From contig OY969931.1 in the NCBI GenBank assembly GCA_963704705.1, positions 1,260,001 through 1,292,000 of the forward strand: a DNA stretch of 32,000 bases, given 5' to 3'. The DNA is from an uncultured bacterium (GTDB lineage: Bacteria > Patescibacteriota > Gracilibacteria > UBA1369 > PNNO01). The translations under genes were made by a program, and so were the position numbers. Numbering within the stretch: position 1 is the first letter of the stretch; each line of letters begins with the position of its first letter. Below the pieces are notes generated by a model. The model was not told the DNA's origin, did no database searches, and saw nothing but the letters and a program-made list of their open reading frames with translations. Shown here one piece after another: positions 11,201 through 17,556 of this stretch.

Positions 11201-13544
11201 TGAAGTTCTGCTGGATCTTGTTGATGAAGCTTATTATGAACTCTTCTGGGATTCGCTTGAAAATCCATTGGACGAACTTTATAGATTTATTAATGACGGA
11301 GTTTATTCAACTTACAGCACGCATGAAAATCCAATGGTAAAAACAGAAGGAGGTTTAGGCGGATGCTTTAAAGAAGGAACAAAAATATTAATGGATGATA
11401 TGGGTTATAAAAATATTGAAGATATCGAAGTTGGTGATTTTATTACAACAAAGGAATCTGCCTTATCTGACCGTTTTGTTAAAGCAAAGGTTCTTAAATT
11501 GCAAAAGCACACTGTTAGCGCGTATCTTGTAATTAATGAGGATTTGGAAGTTACACCTGAACATGTTGTGTTTGTTAACGGTCATTTTGACCTGGCAGGC
11601 AAAGTTAAAGTTGGCGACACTATGCTGGATAAAGACGGTAATTCAATTGAGGTATGGGGTGTGCGCAAAGTTTATGAGCCAACTAAAGTTTATAATTTTG
11701 AAGTTGAACACTACCACACTTACTTTGCAAATAATTACTATGTTCATAATGACAAAGGCGGTGCGCGAAGCGAATTTAAAGACACTGCTTTATTCAAATC
11801 TGTAACTACAAACGGCAGTGGTGATGCGCAAATTACTTTCGAACTTCCTGATAACATTACCAGCTGGCGTGTTACAGCGCTTGCAATTGATTCGGATCAA
11901 ATACGTGCGGGTCGTGGCGGCGGCAACATAATTGTAACTAAACCGTTCTTTGCAGACCTTGTAATGAACAAAGAATATTCAATAAAGGACGAACCTAATA
12001 TTGGCTTAAGAGCATACGGAAAAGAAATAACAAAAGACGACAATGTTACCTTTACTGTTGGAGACGATGTAATTAACGGCAAAGCTTATACAGCTGTTGA
12101 TTACAAGCTTCCTAAACTTGAACTTGGCGAACATGAACTTAGACTTGATGCAAAATCAGGCAACTACGAAGATGCGCTAATTGAAAAATATGAAGTTGTC
12201 GGCTCTCGCCTAAAACAGACTAATGTTGAAATTTTACCTACCGTAACCGAAGAAACAGACTTCCCAATGCCGAGTGAAGGCTATGCGAAAGTTTACTTCT
12301 TAAATGCCGGACTTGCAGGCCACTACGGACAATTACTTTCACTTTATTATACAAATGGCGAACGACTTGACCAAAAATTATCAGAACAAATTGGCAAAGA
12401 TTTAATTAATGAATATTTTGATTTGGGATTTGTTGATAGAACGGTTTTTGATCCGGCAGATTATCAAAATTTTGATGGCGGATTAAAACTACTTCAATAT
12501 GCTGACCCTGATTTGAAATTAACAGCCTTGGCAACTGCTGTTGATCCAAAAGATAACAGGTTTTCAAAAGCGAGTCTTAAATCATATTTCTATCAAAAAT
12601 ATATGGATAAAGACGCAAATCTCGAAGAAGTTGTTCTTTCATTACTTGGATTGGCCAGTATTGATGAGCCTGTTCTTCAAAGTCTTCAAATCATAAAAGA
12701 TGAACCAAAATTAAGCCTGGAAGATAAAATTTATATTGGTCTTGCATTTGCCGAACTTGGAAGCAAAAACGATGCATCACAAATTTATAATGAAGTTAAA
12801 GGTTCGTTTATGAATGATAACCCTGACCAGACCGCTCTTGGAACAGTGCTTGCTGCTGCGGTTGGAGAAAAAGACGATGCATTCAAATACTGGGAATATG
12901 TGGGACGAAAACAGTTAAAAGATGATATTCCAAACATTTATTTAATGGGATATTTAAAATATTCATTAAAAACAGCTGACCCTGACAGTGTTAAGTTTAC
13001 GGCACGAATCGGCGATACTGAAAAAGAAGTCGAGCTTGATAAATGTGAAACTTTCAACACTCTTGCAAGCAGCTTTAAAGGTTTAAGTGTTGCAAATGTT
13101 GATGGCGATTTGGCTGCGGTTGTTGTGTACGACGAAGCAATTGAACCAAGTGAATTTAAAAGATCCGATATAATAAATATTAGCAGGTCATACAAAGTTA
13201 ATGGCGTAGAAACAACCGATTTTACCGAAGGTGATTTGGTTGAGGTAAACCTTGCAATAAATTATTCAGGTGAAGGCGACGCTTACTTCCAAATTACAGA
13301 TGTGCTGCCTAGCGGACTTAAAATATTAAGCAGTTCAGGTGCACCATTTGGAACAAATGGCCAGGAAGTTTTCTATGGCTGGTCTACCAAAACTCCGCGA
13401 AACATAAGTTATTATGCAACTGTTGTTAATAGCGGTAAGTTCTATGCTGACCCAGCGCGAATATCAAAATATGATGACTGGGAAATCGCAAATATATCTG
13501 AACCTGTATTTATAACAATTTCGAGTTATAATGAGGCCCCATAA
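8223..13544 (+). CDS. Large membrane-anchored alpha-2-macroglobulin (MG2)-like protein, 1773 aa, with an internal Hint/intein-like domain
   Basis: About 50-aa charged N-terminus, then TM FAWLGTIAALTIIAVLVV; Big_5-like Ig domain; macroglobulin signatures (YWYTFTTDRPVYQPSDTIEFWGFL, DEAYYELFWDSLENPLDELYRF, ARSEFKDTALF, FELPDNITSWRVTALAID, TKPFFADLVM). No CxEQ thioester motif. Confidence 0.9.
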   Translation: MENNYTNRKVDRIEVDKSQKYLWKYIQEKKHLGLSQQTAKAKKAHNSSWFTPKKFAWLGTIAALTIIAVLVVPNLQNLLKGDITGQSMIANAHFTMTADSQDSAGIDSKSSFTLTSDVDLDAALIEANLESLPTIDLNVTKIEAGKYKVEPAQNLESNTIYNFTITSVNEGKTEEFSWAYQVKDEFKIYGSMPGDKTTSVPINSGIEIAFSHENYDTEQVKNYFEISPATEGSFEKHNRVLVFVPTKGLNPSTIYTVTVKAGLPLKDSDKKLAEDFSFSFETSNVSSTGGTNFYFNQDYYEIGTNMPVAMGAAWYGMTDEATDNTVNVKIHKFKSEEDYIKVVKERNEIPSWARYAKENYAYNRDQMNYMGEFDGTIEEIEYSKFIYVPTAQLEPGFYLFTAQNNDKVSTTLVQITDLSSYINLTKDGNLVWVNDVSTGQPVNNATVELLDENKSIKTNADGIATFNMDFSDTGSIIIKVTSPDGKVQISNLYINEYQKEAANLADYWYTFTTDRPVYQPSDTIEFWGFLKPKSGDTQVGEIKAELYQGGYFWNLGTYSEEVIAEKGNNNTFHGNLETQDLPPGYYTLSIYNDDELISQEYIEIVSYAKPSYQIDVTTDKRAIFYDEKIKVDIISRFFDGTPVPFLKLYYNVADQLTTDANGKYSFEYTPKSDFYCSDDGQSCENFRNEYLTFDPVPKEDSMISGKANVRVFKSRIAIKAKTKTENNIANVKITTNKVDLTPLNEDENAGYNDYLGEAAPNRDIKGKLIEFWWDKIETGEHYDFINKITVKEYRYETRENIVGEISLSSDANGEAEYNFEMQPNKHYRVVLNAADDQGKLSHTTAYAYGKTTNNDEYKRIKILNSEEEYGPYKFELGKAVETAIVAQDSVITPKENEKYLFMQLNNGLTEYAVKASPTYNFTFKQAQVPGVRVEGIIFTGKYYETVWGDTVMYDPKEKTINVEVKANKDTFEPGEKATLTVKTTDLNGKPVSAEVLLDLVDEAYYELFWDSLENPLDELYRFINDGVYSTYSTHENPMVKTEGGLGGCFKEGTKILMDDMGYKNIEDIEVGDFITTKESALSDRFVKAKVLKLQKHTVSAYLVINEDLEVTPEHVVFVNGHFDLAGKVKVGDTMLDKDGNSIEVWGVRKVYEPTKVYNFEVEHYHTYFANNYYVHNDKGGARSEFKDTALFKSVTTNGSGDAQITFELPDNITSWRVTALAIDSDQIRAGRGGGNIIVTKPFFADLVMNKEYSIKDEPNIGLRAYGKEITKDDNVTFTVGDDVINGKAYTAVDYKLPKLELGEHELRLDAKSGNYEDALIEKYEVVGSRLKQTNVEILPTVTEETDFPMPSEGYAKVYFLNAGLAGHYGQLLSLYYTNGERLDQKLSEQIGKDLINEYFDLGFVDRTVFDPADYQNFDGGLKLLQYADPDLKLTALATAVDPKDNRFSKASLKSYFYQKYMDKDANLEEVVLSLLGLASIDEPVLQSLQIIKDEPKLSLEDKIYIGLAFAELGSKNDASQIYNEVKGSFMNDNPDQTALGTVLAAAVGEKDDAFKYWEYVGRKQLKDDIPNIYLMGYLKYSLKTADPDSVKFTARIGDTEKEVELDKCETFNTLASSFKGLSVANVDGDLAAVVVYDEAIEPSEFKRSDIINISRSYKVNGVETTDFTEGDLVEVNLAINYSGEGDAYFQITDVLPSGLKILSSSGAPFGTNGQEVFYGWSTKTPRNISYYATVVNSGKFYADPARISKYDDWEIANISEPVFITISSYNEAP
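11364..11750 (+). other. Hint domain (intein-like / bacterial intein-like), aa 1048-1176 of the A2M-like protein
   Basis: Block A CFKEGTKILMDDMGYKNIEDIEVGD; block B with TxxH (LEVTPEHVVFV); blocks F/G VYNFEVEHYHTYFANNYYVHN ending His-Asn; next residue is Asp. No room for a homing endonuclease. Confidence 0.9.
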
Positions 13545-13555
13545 CTTATAATATT

Positions 13556-14182
13556 ATGAAGAAATTTATAGTAACAATACTTGCGTTAAGCCTTTTAACA
13601 GCTTGTAATTCTCCGGCACAAACTACCGAAGGCACTCAGGAATTAAATATTGATCTTGCTAAAATACAAATGCAGATTCCATCTAATTTGCATATCGAGA
13701 TTCAGCGAAAACCTAATTCGGAACCAAGAATATATGTTGTTTTAGGCGAAGAATATTACACAAACGGAGAAATAAACCCATTGATAAGATTTACAATTGA
13801 AGAAAAGAATTTTGAGGAATGGATGACTGAAAACTGGGATGCTCCTTTCTACCCTCTTGAAAATTCATGTGAGGTTGAAAAGCCGATGATAGGTGAAATT
13901 TTCGGTTGTGAACAATCCGCTGATAACATTACCTCATACTATCAAACCAATAAAATGGGTGAATTGAGTGCTGTTAAAAAATATTATTTTGAACGTGAAG
14001 GAAATGATTGGCCGAAAATTGAAATTTGGGTTGATCTATACACTGATGATTTCAAAGAAAAACTCGGACCAAATCCAACTTATGAATCAATGAAAGCAGA
14101 ATTTGCAAAATTGCAGCTTACTGCAGAGCAAAAACATCGCATTAAATTAGCTGAGGATATTATAAAATCGATGAAATATTAA
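13556..14182 (+). CDS. Putative lipoprotein, 208 aa
   Basis: Signal peptide with lipobox MKKFIVTILALSLLTAC-N; no recognised domain. Confidence 0.8.
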   Translation: MKKFIVTILALSLLTACNSPAQTTEGTQELNIDLAKIQMQIPSNLHIEIQRKPNSEPRIYVVLGEEYYTNGEINPLIRFTIEEKNFEEWMTENWDAPFYPLENSCEVEKPMIGEIFGCEQSADNITSYYQTNKMGELSAVKKYYFEREGNDWPKIEIWVDLYTDDFKEKLGPNPTYESMKAEFAKLQLTAEQKHRIKLAEDIIKSMKY

Positions 14183-14209
14183 TTACTAAGTAATTGGTAC
14201 TTACTAAGT

Positions 14210-14240
14210 AACCCCGCCTTACTAAGTGGGGTTATTTTAT
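14210..14240 (+). terminator. Rho-independent-type terminator
   Basis: AACCCC ... GGGGTT stem followed by ATTTTAT. Confidence 0.65.
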
Positions 14241-14244
14241 ATAC

Positions 14245-14272
14245 TTGACTTTTTTATAAATTATGTTAGAAT
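14245..14272 (+). promoter_or_regulatory. Sigma70-like promoter TTGACT-N16-TAGAAT
   Basis: -35 at 14245-14250 and -10 at 14267-14272, 16-bp spacer, directly after a terminator. Confidence 0.6.
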
Positions 14273-14293
14273 TTACATCTTGCCCTTTAAAAA

Positions 14294-14389
14294 CTACGAT
14301 TATTCGTAGCTTTGGAGTAATCCAAGTTAAAAGTCCTATCCGTTTTCTTTATGAATGATGGAGAGGCTTTAAAATGGACCTCTCTAAAG
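14294..14389 (+). promoter_or_regulatory. Potentially structured 5' leader (two hairpins plus possible H-type pseudoknot)
   Basis: CTACGA-TTAT-TCGTAG (14294-14309); CTT(T)GGA-GTAA-TCCAAG (14310-14326); GAGAG/CTCTC (14361-14365/14380-14384) interleaved with CTTTA/TAAAG (14367-14371/14385-14389). Confidence 0.4.
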
Positions 14390-14431
14390 CTATTTGCTTA
14401 CAACCCACACCCATTTAAGGAGGTGACACAC

Positions 14432-14659
14432 ATGTCGATGCATCAGCAGACCGAGCTATCCCTGGACGCCCAGACCGTGCACGACCTCATCAAGGGCACA
14501 CTAACGGACCTCGTTTGCCAGGACTCCGAGTTCTGTGACGAGCCGGATCCCTGCCCACTGACCGGCCACCCCAAGGAGCAGACGCCGAAGCGCAAGTGCG
14601 ACGCGTGTATGGACTACTCCTGCGATAACCACCCCATCAACAACTGCCATAGCAAATAG
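14432..14659 (+). CDS. Small cysteine-rich protein, 75 aa (MSMHQQTELSLDAQTVHDLIKGTLTDLVCQDSEFCDEPDPCPL...)
   Basis: Strong Shine-Dalgarno AAGGAGGTGA at 14417-14426, 5 nt before ATG; 7 Cys; followed by a strong terminator. Much more GC-rich than its surroundings. The start is trimmed from the track's 14351. Confidence 0.7.
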   Translation: MSMHQQTELSLDAQTVHDLIKGTLTDLVCQDSEFCDEPDPCPLTGHPKEQTPKRKCDACMDYSCDNHPINNCHSK

Positions 14660-14672
14660 AACGAGAGGGATC

Positions 14673-14705
14673 GGCTCGGCTGACTTTACATCAGCCGGGC
14701 CTTTT
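14673..14705 (+). terminator. Strong intrinsic terminator
   Basis: GGCTCGGCTGA-CTTTACA-TCAGCCGGGCC-TTTT, 11-bp stem with one G-T wobble. Confidence 0.85.
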
Positions 14706-14706
14706 C

Positions 14707-15165
14707 CTAATTATTGGCATTTCCGCGACCTAAACCGCGTCCTTGCCCGCGGCCAGGACCGCGACCCTGTCCTCTAGCCAAAGGTTTTTGCTGCATAGGC
14801 TTTTTTGCTCCTTCGCATTTTCCATATCCTCTGCCTGTCATTGGACCTTTGCCTTCCGGACCGGTACCATCAAGATTTGGCATGTTATTTATTGTTAAGA
14901 TTTTAATTGCTTGTCCTTTAAATATTGCTTTCGCAACTTTGTGCCGACCCGAATTTACCATTCTGCAAATTGTCGGTTTTGAAATATTCATTTCTTTTGC
15001 GGCTTCATCCATATTCATATTTAGATAATCAACAAGGCGCATCGCTTCAACTTCATCTTCAATTAATTCAACTTCTTCAAGGTTCCTAAGAGGGATTCCC
15101 TGCGGTTTATAATAATTTACCTTAAGCTCATTGGTTATTCTTCTAAGTTTTTTTAAAGGCGGCAT
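14707..15165 (-). CDS. UPF0251/DUF134-like putative DNA-binding protein with C-terminal Gly/Arg-rich tail
   Basis: PPLKKLRRI...YKPQGIPLRNLEEVELIEDEVEAMRLVDYLNMNMDEAAKEMNISKPTICRMVNSGRHKVAKAIFKGQAI, then a DGTGPEGKGPMTGRGYGKCEG segment and GRGQGRGPGRGQGRGLGRG. Confidence 0.85.
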   Translation of the reverse strand: MPPLKKLRRITNELKVNYYKPQGIPLRNLEEVELIEDEVEAMRLVDYLNMNMDEAAKEMNISKPTICRMVNSGRHKVAKAIFKGQAIKILTINNMPNLDGTGPEGKGPMTGRGYGKCEGAKKPMQQKPLARGQGRGPGRGQGRGLGRGNANN

Positions 15166-15215
15166 ATTTAGTTGGATTTAATATGAAACATATTTCATAA
15201 CAATAATAAACTTAT

Positions 15216-15842
15216 TTGAAAGAGAATTCAAGGCCAATTTGTAGTAATATATGGGTGTCCTCTAAATTTGTCGTATTGAATATCACAGACGAACAACTCG
15301 CGCAAAAATCGTTGCAAAACGAAGAAGCATTCGCAAAATTGGTTGAAAGATATGAGGCTAAACTTCTTAGATATATTCAAAGGCTAACCGCCCTTCCTCA
15401 AAATCATGCCGAGGATATACTTCAGGAAGTATTTATTAAAATTTATAAAAATCTAAACAGTTTTAATCCTAAATTAAAATTTTCATCTTGGGCTTACCGA
15501 ATTACGCACAACGAAACAATCAATCAAATTAAAAAAATCAGGCGACAAAATGATCTGCCACTGGAAACTGAGAATGAAGATGAACAAAGTCTTATAAATA
15601 TTCTTGAAAGCGAAACTGATATTAAAGAAGAAGCAATTCAAAAAGAGACCGCTGAATGCGTACGAATCACACTAAATAAACTTCCTATAAAATTCCGCGA
15701 CGTACTTATTCTTTATTATCTGGAACAAAAGGATTATGCGGAAATTTCAGATATATTAAGAAAACCGCAAGGTACAATCGCAACTCTGCTTCACAGGGCT
15801 AAATCTAAATTTAAATCTTTATATAATGAGCGAACTAAGTAA
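15216..15842 (+). CDS. RNA polymerase ECF-type sigma factor
   Basis: DEQLAQKSLQNEEAFAKLVERYEAKLLRYIQRL...AEDILQEVFIKIYKNL...KFSSWAYRITHNETINQIKK; region 4 LPIKFRDVLILYYLEQKDYAEISDILRKPQGTIATLLHRAKSKFKSL. The true start may be slightly downstream. Confidence 0.92.
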   Translation: MKENSRPICSNIWVSSKFVVLNITDEQLAQKSLQNEEAFAKLVERYEAKLLRYIQRLTALPQNHAEDILQEVFIKIYKNLNSFNPKLKFSSWAYRITHNETINQIKKIRRQNDLPLETENEDEQSLINILESETDIKEEAIQKETAECVRITLNKLPIKFRDVLILYYLEQKDYAEISDILRKPQGTIATLLHRAKSKFKSLYNERTK

Positions 15843-16560
15843 AAACGTAATTGATAAAATTCACGATAAACACATAAAACCATTACCAAAATGGATGTTT
15901 ATTACCGGACATATTGTTGTGTGGGGACTTTTCGCGTTAAGTATTGTAGTTGGAAGTGCAGCTGTAAGTTTAGGTTTATACAAGTTGTTTATTTTAAATG
16001 ATTGGGAACTGGTCGGCCGTTTACCAGGCGGAAATCTTGGAGGTGTGCTGCTTGTATTGCCATATATTTGGATTTTAATTATGGGATTGATGGTATTTGT
16101 TGCATTCAAACTTTTTGCAAAGACTGATAAAGGTTACAAAGTTAATCCGTGGATTGTGGTTGGATTAAGTCTTGTTATTTCATTTATTTTGGGATGTATT
16201 CTTTTTATGAGCAGAACAGCCGAAAATATGGAAAATTTCATGAGAGAAAACGTAAGGCCGTATCAGGTATTTCAGGAATTCAGAGAAGAAGTCTGGCATG
16301 CTCCTGAAATTGGAATTTTACCGGGTCGTATAGTTGATATTCAAAAAGATTACATGATTATGATTGACGATTTTAATGGAAAAAGATGGAAAGTTAACAT
16401 TGCTGATGCAAATATTCCTCCAATGATGACATTAAAAATCGGGGATATAATTATTGCAGTTGGTGAAGTTACTGGAATCGATAATTTTGATGCAGACGGA
16501 ATTAGACCTGCAAAAATATTAAAAACACGTTTAATGCAGCCACAAAGGCAGGGAGTTTAA
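15826..16560 (+). CDS. Multi-pass membrane protein, possible anti-sigma partner; soluble C-terminal domain
   Basis: Overlaps the 3' end of the sigma gene by 17 nt; three hydrophobic helices; C-terminal beta-rich segment PGRIVDIQKDYMIMIDDFNGKRWKVNI. Confidence 0.75.
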   Translation: MSELSKNVIDKIHDKHIKPLPKWMFITGHIVVWGLFALSIVVGSAAVSLGLYKLFILNDWELVGRLPGGNLGGVLLVLPYIWILIMGLMVFVAFKLFAKTDKGYKVNPWIVVGLSLVISFILGCILFMSRTAENMENFMRENVRPYQVFQEFREEVWHAPEIGILPGRIVDIQKDYMIMIDDFNGKRWKVNIADANIPPMMTLKIGDIIIAVGEVTGIDNFDADGIRPAKILKTRLMQPQRQGV

Positions 16561-16564
16561 TATA

Positions 16565-16726
16565 AGATCACTCGGTAATATAAGATCACTCGGTAATTCA
16601 GGATCACTCGGTGATTCAGGATCACTCGGTAATTCAGGATCACTCGGTAATTCAGGATCACTCGGTAATTCAGGATCACTCGGTAATTCAGGATCACTCG
16701 GTAATTCAGGATCACTCGGTGATTTA
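16565..16726. repeat. Tandem repeat, 9 x 18 bp, consensus GGATCACTCGGTAATTCA
   Basis: ATCACTCGGT occurs at 16567, 16585, 16603, 16621, 16639, 16657, 16675, 16693 and 16711; units 4-8 are identical. Confidence 0.95.
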
Positions 16727-16840
16727 AGATTGCCGAATTATTTTGATTTTTTAAAAAGTGAAAGAAATTCTATTATCGGATTGTATTAATTAATGTGAAG
16801 CCGGCTACACATAATCTTATATTCCTAACCAAACCAAAAA

Positions 16841-17497
16841 ATGCAAACACCAAAATGGTTACTTACTACGTCACTTGCTGCGGCAATCGCATTCACCAGT
16901 TTAAGCTTAATCGCATCTGCTGATGATAGCGGAGTGCCCACAAACGTAAACCAACCAATGCAACAACAAATGGAAGAAATGAAAACCGCTGTTGATAGCG
17001 GCGACTACAATGCATTCGCAAAAGTAGCACCTGAACAATTACTCCAAGTTATCAATGCTGATAATTTCGGAAAGTTTGTTGAAATGCACAATCACCTCGA
17101 AGCAGCACAATCAATTGCTGAAGAACTTGGCCTTCCACAAGGAAGAATGGGTGCTGGAATGCACAAATTCGGCAATGGTGAAATGATGGGTGAAATGATG
17201 CAAAACAGGAAAGAAATCCGCGCTGCAATTGAAGCAGGTGATTACCAAAAATGGTATGAATTGCAGACTCAAGACGGCAAAAGTCCAAAAATCCTTGAAT
17301 ATGTAAATGAAGATAACTTTGCAAAATTTGCAGAACTTCAGAAAGCAATTCAGGACAAAGATTTTGACACAGCACAAAGTATTAAGGCTGAATTAGGTTT
17401 ACCTGACCGGCCTGCAGATGATGATGCCAGTGACGATTTCATGGGCAAAAAAGTTTTTGCCAGAGGGAATGGCTTATTACAAAATACGAATGAATAA
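16841..17497 (+). CDS. Secreted/surface protein with an internally duplicated helical module
   Basis: Signal peptide MQTPKWLLTTSLAAAIAFTSLSLIASA; duplicated pattern AVDSGDYNAF...NADNFGKFVEMHNHLEAAQSIAEELGLP and AIEAGDYQKW...NEDNFAKFAELQKAIQDKDFDTAQSIKAELGLP. Confidence 0.8.
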   Translation: MQTPKWLLTTSLAAAIAFTSLSLIASADDSGVPTNVNQPMQQQMEEMKTAVDSGDYNAFAKVAPEQLLQVINADNFGKFVEMHNHLEAAQSIAEELGLPQGRMGAGMHKFGNGEMMGEMMQNRKEIRAAIEAGDYQKWYELQTQDGKSPKILEYVNEDNFAKFAELQKAIQDKDFDTAQSIKAELGLPDRPADDDASDDFMGKKVFARGNGLLQNTNE

Positions 17498-17519
17498 CTA
17501 TTAGAGGGGACTCGAAAAG

Positions 17520-17550
17520 AGCGGGATGCATCTAAGGCTTCCGCTTTTTT
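17520..17550 (+). terminator. Intrinsic terminator
   Basis: AGCGGGA ... TTCCGCT stem followed by TTTTT, between convergent genes. Confidence 0.65.
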
Positions 17551-17556
17551 CATATA

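Noticed and set aside
11364-11750. Classical homing intein
   Set aside because: Only 129 aa with no endonuclease domain, and the +1 residue is Asp. It is better described as a mini/BIL-like Hint domain.
14714-15028. ORF on + strand rich in Pro/Arg (RPKPRPCPRPGPRPCP...)
   Set aside because: It is the complement of the Gly/Arg-rich tail of the DUF134-like gene; simple-sequence artefact.
16565-16726. CRISPR array
   Set aside because: Pure 18-bp head-to-tail repeats with no unique spacers and no cas genes in the window.
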